From a virus (Duplodnaviria; Caudoviricetes): a stretch of 25,437 nt of DNA. A program made the position numbers and the translations under genes. The stretch lies in the IMG/VR virus record IMGVR_UViG_3300006120_000085, positions 1 to 25,437 of that record; one strand, written 5' to 3'. Below the pieces are notes generated by a model. That model was given only the letters and a program-made list of their open reading frames with translations. It was not told where the DNA came from and did not search any database. The first letter of the stretch is position 1. Every line of letters starts with the position of its first letter. Shown here in pieces: positions 9,385 to 17,860 of this stretch.

Positions 9385-10878
9385 TTAGATATTAAAGTAA
9401 GTTCTTTGGATTCTGAGTTGATTTGAACTTGTAGTGCTTTTTGCAATAAAGTTCACTGTACTACCCGAGGCATTCGCATAAAAAGTCAAGTAGTTTGAGC
9501 CAGTATTGACGTTACCCAACGTACCAATACTCACAGTTCCGCCAAATTGAGTCAACAATACTGTTGACATAGAAGCATCGACTCCGTTACTGCTGGATAC
9601 TACGTATTCTACGCTTCTGTATACACTAGAACTGAAACTGTCCACGATTACATTAGAAGTCCCAACTACCACGTTGGCCACGTCTACTATTTCATAGTCT
9701 AAGGTAGTTGTTCCAGCGCTGGCAATGAAACGAACGTCAATGATATCAGTTGTTCTTGGAACTTCTGCAAATACCAGTGTTGTACCTGAGACAGTGTATG
9801 CTACTCCGGGTAGCTGCATTGTACCGTTGATGCTGACCATCAAGCCAGCTGCGGTACTTGCCTGACTTAGAATATAGCTGTTGCTGATTCCATCAGGAGT
9901 AATTTGTTGATCGGTAATTTGGTTATTGAACGGAATCCAACTTGTACCATTATAGTATTCGATTGTTGCTATGTCAGAGTTGTATCTGAAATATCCAGCA
10001 ATACCGTTTGGTCGTGTGCTAGTACTACCGCTGGGCAATTTGACTGCTGTGTTGTTTGTGAACACTACGACGTTGGTCTGATACGGGGTAATTGTATCTG
10101 CTATGATATTACCAACAAAATCTGCACCTGATGTTACGTTACCAGTCACAGTTAGATTGCTCAGTGTGCCCACGCTGGTTATATAAGGCTGCGCTGCTGT
10201 GATCAAGTTTCCGCTGATGTTTGCAAAAGTTGCATTAGTACCATTGACGTTACCAGAGATAGTACCAGAGAAATTACCTGCAAAGTTGCCAGAGAATGTG
10301 TTGGCTGTCACAACGTTGGCTGTGATGTTACCACTGTAAACTGTAAGATAAGATGCAGCATTTGCATTTGAATATTTTGCAGACTGTAGCGTGGTGACGT
10401 TTGCAGTGACGTTGCCTAAATTTTGATTTATCAGAGCAATACTATCTGCGATGGTATACTGAGAACTAATGCTCACAGCATTGCTTAGACTGCCCTGTGT
10501 GGGTGTGCCCAATGTTATGCCGTTGCCAGTGAATCCCTCAAGCATGGCAACTGTGTTCAGTGTGCCAAACGTGATGTTGCCAAATCCGTCTGTGTACATA
10601 ACAGAGTTTGCTGTACCACCGCTGATCGTCAGATTGCTGACGTTGCCCAGATTTAGTTTGTAACCATTGTCAGTGGTAATTGTGTTGCCCTTGATGTACA
10701 GATTACCCAAGTGAGCGTTGCCGCCGATATCAAGAGCGTAAGATGGAGTAGTAGTATTGATACCAACGTAACGATTGTTTACGTCCCAATACATCAGATT
10801 TGCATCTAGGGCGATGTTGACCCCTTGGCGTTCCAAGTTGGGTTGTAACATTGGCCCATTAATGCGTCCTAACGACAT
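9385..10878 (-). CDS. Virion structural / fibre-associated protein (497 aa)
   Basis: Has VGINTTTPSYALDI, LPSGSTSTRP..G.FRYN...EYYNG..W and VSING..Q.P..AY.VSGTTL.F.E.P motifs paralogous to the 1647-aa protein. AAGGAG RBS. Confidence 0.8.
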   Translation of the reverse strand: MSLGRINGPMLQPNLERQGVNIALDANLMYWDVNNRYVGINTTTPSYALDIGGNAHLGNLYIKGNTITTDNGYKLNLGNVSNLTISGGTANSVMYTDGFGNITFGTLNTVAMLEGFTGNGITLGTPTQGSLSNAVSISSQYTIADSIALINQNLGNVTANVTTLQSAKYSNANAASYLTVYSGNITANVVTANTFSGNFAGNFSGTISGNVNGTNATFANISGNLITAAQPYITSVGTLSNLTVTGNVTSGADFVGNIIADTITPYQTNVVVFTNNTAVKLPSGSTSTRPNGIAGYFRYNSDIATIEYYNGTSWIPFNNQITDQQITPDGISNSYILSQASTAAGLMVSINGTMQLPGVAYTVSGTTLVFAEVPRTTDIIDVRFIASAGTTTLDYEIVDVANVVVGTSNVIVDSFSSSVYRSVEYVVSSSNGVDASMSTVLLTQFGGTVSIGTLGNVNTGSNYLTFYANASGSTVNFIAKSTTSSNQLRIQRTYFNI

Positions 10879-10886
10879 ATTGCTCC

Positions 10887-11315
10887 TTATGCAGGCACGT
10901 TAGTGCTGTTGATATTGTGAATCACAATAATTGTCGTTGGGTTAACTGTGCCCAATGGGGGCGCTGTAGTAAAACTTAGGCCATATCCACTGACTGTGTA
11001 GTGTGTTGTTGGCTGCTGATATACGCCACCCACAAACACTGCCACTGCTGTTGGATCAGTTTCTTGTTGACTCATGGTAAAGTTAATGGTCATACCATCG
11101 CCAGGACCCAACGTATCTACTACGATTTGTACGCTACCGATCTTGGCAATCTGACTCCACGCACCGTTGTAGAAAAACTCAATACGATTGGTTGCCTGAT
11201 TGAAACGAATCAGTCCGTTGGTTGGTACATCACCATAAGCACTACTAGGCACAATGGGCAATTTAGCTGCTTGTGCATTGTATGCCAGGTCAGGATTTTT
11301 AAGAAATCTTGCCAT
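10887..11315 (-). CDS. Small virion structural protein (142 aa)
   Basis: G.IRFN...IEFFYNGAW plus GDG....F...V.V.GVYQ.P...YTVSG..L.FT.AP: a single copy of the module in the larger fibre proteins. Tightly packed in the operon. Confidence 0.75.
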   Translation of the reverse strand: MARFLKNPDLAYNAQAAKLPIVPSSAYGDVPTNGLIRFNQATNRIEFFYNGAWSQIAKIGSVQIVVDTLGPGDGMTINFTMSQQETDPTAVAVFVGGVYQQPTTHYTVSGYGLSFTTAPPLGTVNPTTIIVIHNINSTNVPA

Positions 11316-11317
11316 TA

Positions 11318-11629
11318 TTAGAATCCTAGTGAACTTACTGTTGCTGTTACTGCACTACCTGCACTTACGTTGGCATAAATTGTATCACCGTTGGCTAACA
11401 AGAATTTTTCTTGATAGATAATCAAGGTGTTGTATGCACCAATAGTAACGTTACCATAAATCACTGTTGTACTGTTGGCCACGTTACCAGTGCTAGGAGC
11501 TACATAAACGTTTGCCTGCACACTGCTGCCAGTATAGTTACATAAATGGATAGTAGTGATAGCGTTGTTGCCCGAGCTTACAAAGATTGGACTTGCTGTT
11601 GTTGTTAATGCTGTGTTTTGAATTGCCAT
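11318..11629 (-). CDS. Small virion structural protein (103 aa)
   Basis: Beta-rich small protein (LCN...ANVYV...EKFLLANGDTIYA) of the kind found in T4-like baseplate/fibre clusters. GGAA RBS; operon context. Confidence 0.7.
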   Translation of the reverse strand: MAIQNTALTTTASPIFVSSGNNAITTIHLCNYTGSSVQANVYVAPSTGNVANSTTVIYGNVTIGAYNTLIIYQEKFLLANGDTIYANVSAGSAVTATVSSLGF

Positions 11630-11641
11630 TTTGTTATTCCA

Positions 11642-12214
11642 TTATCCAAAAATAATACTGTAGACAATGCTTTTAGTCTTAGACATTAGCTCTACGTTTG
11701 CGTATGTTGAGTTAGTTACAGTAACGCCAGTGCCTCCTGCGCCCGGTGCGCTCACGCTCCAAAGCTGAACCCCGCTGACGTTACTGTAAATTGAGTGATT
11801 ATAAATGTTTAAATTACCACCGAGAACTGGACTTGTGTCTTGAGATACACTAGACAACAATACCCCAGTGCCAGTCTGTGTAGCAATATTTGCAGTAGTA
11901 TAGCTACCGTTGACTACTTCACTGATTTGCCAAGCACCCAGTGTCTCATTCCAAGTAATTGCAGCATTTGATTGACCACTTGTGCCACGACTTACTACAA
12001 TACTTGCACCTGCAGGATTGGGGCTAGTTACCCCAGCGTTCAACGTAATAATGTGATCATTGATAGAAGTGTTGTTTGATGTGTAGCTCTGAGTGTTTCC
12101 AGAAACCCAAAGATTACCTTCAATATAAACATTACCACTATTGATGATAACTTTATCACCAGTGTTCACACTCTGAATGGTATAATCACCGCTAATTCTT
12201 TTAAATGTAGACAT
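11642..12214 (-). CDS. Virion structural protein (190 aa), fibre-like
   Basis: V.IEGNL.V.G.T.......I.D.IITLN motif, similar to the N-terminal region of the 1046-aa protein, and DTSP.LGGNLN. First gene after a terminator and promoter. Confidence 0.7.
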   Translation of the reverse strand: MSTFKRISGDYTIQSVNTGDKVIINSGNVYIEGNLWVSGNTQSYTSNNTSINDHIITLNAGVTSPNPAGASIVVSRGTSGQSNAAITWNETLGAWQISEVVNGSYTTANIATQTGTGVLLSSVSQDTSPVLGGNLNIYNHSIYSNVSGVQLWSVSAPGAGGTGVTVTNSTYANVELMSKTKSIVYSIIFG

Positions 12215-12238
12215 TCTACTTTCTGCCCTGTTATATAC

Positions 12239-12246
12239 TATTTAGC
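12239..12246 (-). promoter_or_regulatory. Late promoter variant GCTAAATA
   Basis: TAAATA core located between a terminator and the 190-aa gene start. Confidence 0.5.
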
Positions 12247-12269
12247 TTACAGACAAAGTTAAAATCCAT

Positions 12270-12298
12270 AAAAAAATGGTCCCCGAAGAGACCATTTT
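12270..12298 (-). terminator. Rho-independent terminator
   Basis: AAAATGGTCT-CTTCGG-GGACCATTTTTTT: stem with a C(UUCG)G loop followed by a U run. Confidence 0.9.
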
Positions 12299-12332
12299 AA
12301 CTTGTCGTGCTATATCAATATAGCTTATTGTT

Positions 12333-13070
12333 TTAGTTGCTTTGAACTTTTACAAAAGTTGCGTTAGGACCTGCACTTGAGTTTAATACATAACGATACT
12401 TGGTAGGGTTGTAACCACTTGTGTAGTAAGTCACTGTACCATTTGTACTGTCCATTTGACCATCACTTGTGAAGTCATAGACAAACTTGTTAGTGATACG
12501 ACTTGCATATGTGCTAGTTGTAACACCAGTTACGCTGCTTTGTGCACCAACGTTACCGTTTGTAGCAATAGTTACGTTACTTGTACTGTTGATTGCAGTA
12601 ACACGTGCAACACCTGCGTTACCAGCGAAACCGATGATGTAATCACCGACACGTGGAGTAGCATAAATGCCAGTTGGAGTAGAACCCCAAGTGACGTAAG
12701 TGCTTGTTGCGCCACCAGCTACGTTGGCTGCTGCTACAGAAGCTGTACCAGTGTTCAATGTAATCAAGATGTTCATTTGACCAGCTGTCAAGTTTGGACT
12801 GTTTACCAATGTGCAATCACCTGTACGTGTACCGTCAGTGACGCGGAACTTGTGAGCACCTTTTTGTGCAACAATACTACCAGTAGTAGATGAACCACCA
12901 GTCAAGTAGACCTGAGGTTGAATCTGTAGACCAGTATCGCTTGTCAATCCGCCTACGCCGCCAACGTGATAACCGTTGACCAATGTTGGGCTTACAAAAC
13001 GATCACCTTCTGGTTGTGGATATGTGACGCTAGTTTGTGTTGTCTGATTTGCTATTTTTAGTTTTGCCAT
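12333..13070 (-). CDS. Probable head accessory/decoration or other virion protein (245 aa)
   Basis: Monocistronic unit with a perfect TATAAATA, AAGGAG RBS and its own terminator, just downstream of gp23. T/G/S-rich. Function is inferred from position only. Confidence 0.6.
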   Translation of the reverse strand: MAKLKIANQTTQTSVTYPQPEGDRFVSPTLVNGYHVGGVGGLTSDTGLQIQPQVYLTGGSSTTGSIVAQKGAHKFRVTDGTRTGDCTLVNSPNLTAGQMNILITLNTGTASVAAANVAGGATSTYVTWGSTPTGIYATPRVGDYIIGFAGNAGVARVTAINSTSNVTIATNGNVGAQSSVTGVTTSTYASRITNKFVYDFTSDGQMDSTNGTVTYYTSGYNPTKYRYVLNSSAGPNATFVKVQSN

Positions 13071-13134
13071 TTTGTTCTCCTTGTTACGGTGTTCTAGACC
13101 GCCACTTGGCTAAGTGGAACTCAGTTGAGTAGTG

Positions 13135-13142
13135 TATTTATA
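13135..13142 (-). promoter_or_regulatory. T4 late promoter TATAAATA
   Basis: Exact gp55-dependent consensus, directly after a terminator and upstream of the 245-aa gene. Confidence 0.85.
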
Positions 13143-13153
13143 GTTTGGTCAAT

Positions 13154-13174
13154 AAAAAACCCGCCGAAGCGGGC
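13154..13174 (-). terminator. Rho-independent terminator
   Basis: GCCCGC-TTCG-GCGGGT-TTTTT. Confidence 0.9.
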
Positions 13175-13178
13175 TTGT

Positions 13179-13232
13179 TTATTCTTCTTCGCCGTCGTCT
13201 TCGTCTGGGCCGTAGATAGCTAGAGTGTTCAT
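13179..13232 (-). CDS. 17-aa acidic micropeptide MNTLAIYGPDEDDGEEE
   Basis: ATG...TAA with an AAGGA RBS 7 nt upstream, TCTAAATA upstream and a terminator 4 nt after the stop. Confidence 0.6.
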   Translation of the reverse strand: MNTLAIYGPDEDDGEEE

Positions 13233-13265
13233 TTTAGTTCCTTGTTAAGAGCTTACGCTCACCTG

Positions 13266-13273
13266 TATTTAGA
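13266..13273 (-). promoter_or_regulatory. Late promoter variant TCTAAATA
   Basis: Directly after the gp23 terminator. The same 8-mer occurs at 17533-17540. Confidence 0.6.
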
Positions 13274-13284
13274 GTATAGCCAAC

Positions 13285-13308
13285 AAAAAAGAGCCTTGCG
13301 GCTCTTTC
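13285..13308 (-). terminator. Rho-independent terminator of the gp23 transcript
   Basis: AAAGAGCC-GCAA-GGCTCTTTTTT. A second hairpin, AGCCCAGT-TTCG-ACTGGGTT, precedes it at 13323-13342. Confidence 0.9.
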
Positions 13309-13355
13309 TTGACTCCCTCTGTAACCCAGTCGAAACTGGGCTCCCGAACAGAAGA

Positions 13356-14528
13356 TTACTGGAACGACAAGTTAGCGATAGAGATTTCGCTAACGTAGTC
13401 ACCTGCGTTACCTAGAGATGACGCAGTGTTTGTCAATTCAACATATCCGTAACGAGTCATAAAGCCTACGACTGGTTCGAATGTGTTTGGATCTAGAACA
13501 ACACCAGAAGACATCAATGGAATGTATGGGCAATAGAATGCTGGAGCATCTGCCTCAGACGAACCTTTGTAGCCAACCAATACTGGTGTGCTGTCGTTTG
13601 CGTATGCGTTTACATAGATGCGCATTGCGCCGTTCAATGTACCGACATATTTTGTGTTTGTTGGAGCTTCGAATGTACCTTCTGTAGTACGTGCGAATGC
13701 ACTTGTTGTAGCAGATTGCAATACTGTCAAAGCAGCTGGGGATACAATCGCCCAGTTACCAGCACCACGACGTGTACGTTGTGCGATCAAGTTTGCAGAG
13801 CGGTTAATCAAAACAGCCAATGCAGCGTGTTCGTCACCAACGAATGTTGCTGTACCAGATACAGCAGATTGGTCGTATGCGTAGTCAGTAGCTGCCAATG
13901 CGCTCAAAGAACCGATGATTTCTTGGTCAATTTCAACAGTGATTTCTTGAGCCAAAGCTGCCATGATTTCTGCTTCGATATCCAAGCCGTGCATAGCTTG
14001 AGCATCTTGAGCAGCTTCAAATGTCCAACGTGCTGACAATTTGCGAGTTTTAGCTTCGACAACTTGTTTCAAGATTTGGACGTTGATGCGGTTTCCAGGT
14101 ACACCTTCCAATGTCGCTGTAGAAGTTGCATAACCTGACGATGTACCAGAATATGCAGTAGCGATTTTGAATGGAGACAATGCTTCGTCACCAGGAACAG
14201 TACCAGTAGCACCGTTTGTGCCAGATACACCGTCAGTGTAACGAACACGTAGAGTGTGAATCTGAGATACTGGACCAGTCATTGGTTGAACACCAATGAT
14301 TTCGTTAGCGATAACTGTAGGCATAACACGACGAATAACTGGAAGAATAACACGGTTAAGTGTTGCTACGTTACCAGCTGTTGTTGCGCCAGCAGTAGCA
14401 TTTTCAGCCAAGTGCTTGCGTGTGTTTTCCAAAATTACTGCCATAGAGGTTCTTTTCGAACCTTGTAAGCCCTCTAACAGGGCTTCTTTTGTCTCGCCCC
14501 AACGGCTTTCTAATAATGCTTGTGTCAT
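13356..14528 (-). CDS. gp23: Major capsid protein (T4 gp23-like)
   Basis: RR..P..IA.EI.GVQPMTGP...I..LR.RY, VEAKTRKL.A.WT.E.AQD..A.HGLD.EAE, YCPYIPL and DP.TF.P..GFMTRYG are hallmark gp23 motifs. Confidence 0.97.
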   Translation of the reverse strand: MTQALLESRWGETKEALLEGLQGSKRTSMAVILENTRKHLAENATAGATTAGNVATLNRVILPVIRRVMPTVIANEIIGVQPMTGPVSQIHTLRVRYTDGVSGTNGATGTVPGDEALSPFKIATAYSGTSSGYATSTATLEGVPGNRINVQILKQVVEAKTRKLSARWTFEAAQDAQAMHGLDIEAEIMAALAQEITVEIDQEIIGSLSALAATDYAYDQSAVSGTATFVGDEHAALAVLINRSANLIAQRTRRGAGNWAIVSPAALTVLQSATTSAFARTTEGTFEAPTNTKYVGTLNGAMRIYVNAYANDSTPVLVGYKGSSEADAPAFYCPYIPLMSSGVVLDPNTFEPVVGFMTRYGYVELTNTASSLGNAGDYVSEISIANLSFQ

Positions 14529-14560
14529 TTTTTTATTTCCTTTTTCCTTTTAGGGTTAAG

Positions 14561-15670
14561 TCACTTAAGCCCTGCTAATCTTTTTAATTCAAATACATTT
14601 GCTGTTTCTACAACTTCTTGTTTTTGAACTGGCTTAGCAGTTTTATCTCCTGTTACTTCGACTTTGCTTTCTGTCAACGCAACTTTTTGTGTTGCTTTGA
14701 TAGCAGCGCCACCGTTTAGTACAGCAGGAAGATACTTATCAAATGCAGATTGTAACTTATCTGTCTGCACTGATTCGAGAAGTTCACTCATTACAGTGGC
14801 TTTCTCTTTGTTCAATGGCTTCAACATTTCAGCAAGTTTTGCCTTGCGATCTGCCGATTCCTTGATGATGCGTAATTCACGTTCTTTTGATTCAACTAAT
14901 TTTGCTTTTTCTTGAGCAGCTCTACGTGCTTCGGCAACGACAGCTTTTTGTGCATCGATGACTTGACGTAGTTTTGCGATTTCTGTGTTCTCATTTAAGT
15001 GAGTAACTGCGAATTCACTTGCGAATGCTTCGAATAAGCGACGGCCAAACATGTTCTCACGAGCAATTTGGATATCTTCTTTTAGCTGAGTCATTTCAGA
15101 CTCTAGTTTAGCAGTAACGGATTCTTTAACCATCTCTGCGCTACGAGCAACAAAAGCAGCTTGTAGTTCAGCGAGTTTAGCTTTAGCGCCTGCAACAAGT
15201 TGGACTTTAGTCTCAACTACGGCACGCTTGTCTGCTTCGAATTCTTGGATTTCTTCTGCCAGAGCTTTCATCACAAATTGTTCTAACTTGCCAATACTGT
15301 TTTGGTATTGTTGACGGTCAGCACGTAATTCTTGAATTTCTTCTGCTAGTTTAGTAACTAAGAAATTGTCAAATTTTTGTGTAGCTTCAACCATACGAAC
15401 ATTGAATTTCGCACGATCTTCTGCCAATTTTTGTGTCTCTGTTTGGAATTCCGAAATTTCGGCTGTTAAAGATTCTGTCACCATCTTGTCTAGAGCTTCA
15501 ACCATAACTTGTTTGTCGTGTTGGTAACGTTGTGAAAACTCCTCACGCAATTCTGCACGAACTTGTTCGCGGGCTTCGTTGATACGAGCCTCGAACGCTT
15601 CGCTTAGAGCTTGCTGAGTACCTTCGTTAATGATACCAGACTCCAACAATGGTTTGATAGCGTCTAACAT
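14561..15670 (-). CDS. gp22: Prohead core scaffold protein (T4 gp22-like)
   Basis: E/K/A/Q-rich coiled-coil protein between the protease and MCP genes. Start moved to ATG 15670 (MLDAIKP) because AAGGAG is only 1 nt from ATG 15679 but 10 nt from ATG 15670. Confidence 0.85.
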   Translation of the reverse strand: MLDAIKPLLESGIINEGTQQALSEAFEARINEAREQVRAELREEFSQRYQHDKQVMVEALDKMVTESLTAEISEFQTETQKLAEDRAKFNVRMVEATQKFDNFLVTKLAEEIQELRADRQQYQNSIGKLEQFVMKALAEEIQEFEADKRAVVETKVQLVAGAKAKLAELQAAFVARSAEMVKESVTAKLESEMTQLKEDIQIARENMFGRRLFEAFASEFAVTHLNENTEIAKLRQVIDAQKAVVAEARRAAQEKAKLVESKERELRIIKESADRKAKLAEMLKPLNKEKATVMSELLESVQTDKLQSAFDKYLPAVLNGGAAIKATQKVALTESKVEVTGDKTAKPVQKQEVVETANVFELKRLAGLK

Positions 15671-15685
15671 TGGTTCCATACTCCT

Positions 15686-16324
15686 TTATATTTTAAGGTC
15701 TTTGATAAGGCGTTTGATGCCTTCTTGCACGTACTTCTGTACTTTTTGATCTTGAGATGCCTCACGAGCTACCTCAAATAACTGTGCGCCACCACGCATG
15801 TTCATCAGGCCTTCGTAAATCGCTTTAGGATAAGCATGAGGAGCACTTGGTTGTGCAACAATGTCCACAGTAATGATTTCAAAATCACTCACATGACCAC
15901 TGCTTTCGTTAACATTACCACTACCGCGGCTGCTAACACCTAACTTAACCCCACTGGTCAACATTGATTCAACAATCTTGCCCATCGGAGTCGGTAATAC
16001 TTTTAACTTCCCATAACCACAGGGACCGTCCATCCACATTTGTTCAATCATATGAGTGACACGGTCTAGGTTAATTTTTAAGTCATCAGGGTGATCTAGT
16101 TCACCCAAGACACTGTAACCACCTTTTAACTGTTCATTGATGGTGTCAACGGCTTTTGAAATTTCGTGAACGGGATACACACGTTGGTTAGCGTTCTTCA
16201 CACCTCCCTCGATGAATATCCCCTTCATATAGAGATTTTTACCTTTACCATCAGCCGAATCTTCAGATATAATCTGCATATTCGCCTGATTGAAAGTCAA
16301 ATCTTCTTTTAGGTACAAAGCCAT
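15686..16324 (-). CDS. gp21: Prohead protease (T4 gp21-like)
   Basis: GIF.....KN.N.RVYP, GELDHP (catalytic His), GVSSRG.G (catalytic Ser) and D.V..PSAP.A motifs. Confidence 0.95.
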   Translation of the reverse strand: MALYLKEDLTFNQANMQIISEDSADGKGKNLYMKGIFIEGGVKNANQRVYPVHEISKAVDTINEQLKGGYSVLGELDHPDDLKINLDRVTHMIEQMWMDGPCGYGKLKVLPTPMGKIVESMLTSGVKLGVSSRGSGNVNESSGHVSDFEIITVDIVAQPSAPHAYPKAIYEGLMNMRGGAQLFEVAREASQDQKVQKYVQEGIKRLIKDLKI

Positions 16325-16337
16325 TTTCGTGTCCTAA

Positions 16338-17498
16338 TTACTTAGCGCCTGTGTTCTGCTTTTGAACACTGGTTTTGTTTACTGGGCGGCTACCGTCAGC
16401 ACCAACTAGCTTGCCTTCTGGTCCAGATTTTTTCTCTGCGCCGTGACCTGGCTCTTTTGTTTTGAACGCTGTCTTACCTGCGTTGCCACCGGGAACGTTT
16501 TTAAACTGTCCTGCGCCTGGCAAGTCTCCGCGGCCTTTTGTGTATTCATTGCTTGGAGCTTTGAATGCTTTGCCGTCTGGATTAGCGTTGTCACCTTTGC
16601 CGCTAACGATATTTTCGTTAGTTCCGCCAAAGTCAGCGCCTGGGCCTTCGATAGACTTGTGGTTGATAGTTGGCTCATCGCCGCCTGTACCAACTGTCTT
16701 ACCTTCGCCACTAGCTGGCTCTTGTTTGTAGATTTCGCCGATCTTGTCAACGTATTCTTTCATGATTTCAACTTCTGACTTACGGCGTGTTACAGATTCC
16801 ATTTTGCCAGAACCGCTTTTGCCTGAACCGGATTTGCCCATGCTTGTACCGCTACCAGATTTTCCAGAACCAGATTTAGCAAATGGGTTAGCAGATTCCA
16901 TTTTACCAGAACCAGACTTGCCAGAACCGCTCATGCCAGAACCGCTCATGCCAGAACCCATAGTTTCCATCATGCCTTCATCTGCTTCTGCAGAACCAGA
17001 ACCACTTGTGTGTTCTTCGCCGCCGTCCATGTCAAAGTCGCTTTCGCCTGCCTCGCCACCCTCGACGTCGCTAAAGTCTTCGCCGTGTTCAGCACCTTCG
17101 TCGCCCAACATGGCTTTCAATTCAGCCAATTGAGCTTCTAGGTCATCTAGTTTAGAAGTGATTTCTTCGTGTTCACCGTGCTCGCCGCCCATGCCCATTT
17201 CGCCGTCACCGCCGAATGTTTCTTCGTCACCGAATTCTTCGCCGTCCATGTCGCCACCGTCTAGTTCGATGTCGCCACCTTCCATGTCGTCTTCGCCCAA
17301 GCCCATGTCTTGAGCTTGATCGTTTTGGTTAGTAATGTCTTGAACGAAACCTTGTGAAGCGTTTCCGCCCATTTCTTCGTCCATTAGACTTTCGTAGATT
17401 TCACGTGACTTAGCAACCACGATATCGTGGAATAAAGCACGTGCTGCTTGTTCGTCTTCATTAAGAATGCTCTCAATGAGTTGTTCATACTTGTTCAT
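16338..17498 (-). CDS. Putative prohead core / internal protein (386 aa), acidic and low complexity with SGSG(M/K) repeats
   Basis: Sits between portal and protease genes (the T4 gp67/gp68 slot). D/E/G-rich N-half. AAGGAG RBS and TCTAAATA upstream. Confidence 0.65.
   Translation of the reverse strand: MNKYEQLIESILNEDEQAARALFHDIVVAKSREIYESLMDEEMGGNASQGFVQDITNQNDQAQDMGLGEDDMEGGDIELDGGDMDGEEFGDEETFGGDGEMGMGGEHGEHEEITSKLDDLEAQLAELKAMLGDEGAEHGEDFSDVEGGEAGESDFDMDGGEEHTSGSGSAEADEGMMETMGSGMSGSGMSGSGKSGSGKMESANPFAKSGSGKSGSGTSMGKSGSGKSGSGKMESVTRRKSEVEIMKEYVDKIGEIYKQEPASGEGKTVGTGGDEPTINHKSIEGPGADFGGTNENIVSGKGDNANPDGKAFKAPSNEYTKGRGDLPGAGQFKNVPGGNAGKTAFKTKEPGHGAEKKSGPEGKLVGADGSRPVNKTSVQKQNTGAK
16798..16960. 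repeat. 15-bp coding repeats (SGSGM/SGSGK pentapeptides, about 8 copies in two blocks each ending KMES)
   Basis: For example CCAGAACCGCTCATG twice at 16921-16950, with degenerate CCAGAACC units on either side. Confidence 0.85.
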
Positions 17499-17532
17499 TT
17501 AAGGAACTCCTTTTGTTTGGCTTTGTATAATT

Positions 17533-17540
17533 TATTTAGA
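17533..17540 (-). promoter_or_regulatory. Late promoter variant TCTAAATA
   Basis: Intergenic, 34 nt upstream of the 386-aa gene. Confidence 0.6.
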
Positions 17541-17597
17541 TAACTACGCAGATTTGGGGGTTTTATGCGTGTTTTTTGAGGATTTTTCCAAGATAAA

Positions 17598-17840
17598 TCA
17601 GATACCACCTGGCCCCGCAACTGGTTCAGCACTGGCACCGTACTGATCCTTGATATCTTTCATCTTGGTTTCGAATTCAAATTTACGCACATCGTTAGCC
17701 ATACGTAGACGGTTTAGATGTGCTAGAGTAAGACGAGTCTTGCGTAAATCACTGAGTTTCATTACGCTGTTATCATCTTGTTCACTCTGATAGCCTGGCT
17801 TTGCAGGCTCTGGTGATTCAAATAAATCTGATATAAACAT
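17598..17840 (-). CDS. Small conserved-looking head morphogenesis protein (80 aa)
   Basis: Directly after the portal gene with its own TATAAATA. RKTRLTL..LNRLR basic helix. Function is inferred from position. Confidence 0.65.
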   Translation of the reverse strand: MFISDLFESPEPAKPGYQSEQDDNSVMKLSDLRKTRLTLAHLNRLRMANDVRKFEFETKMKDIKDQYGASAEPVAGPGGI

Positions 17841-17845
17841 ACTGT

Positions 17846-17853
17846 TATTTATA
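17846..17853 (-). promoter_or_regulatory. T4 late promoter TATAAATA
   Basis: Exact consensus, 5 nt upstream of the ATG. Confidence 0.8.
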
Positions 17854-17860
17854 TCTTTGG

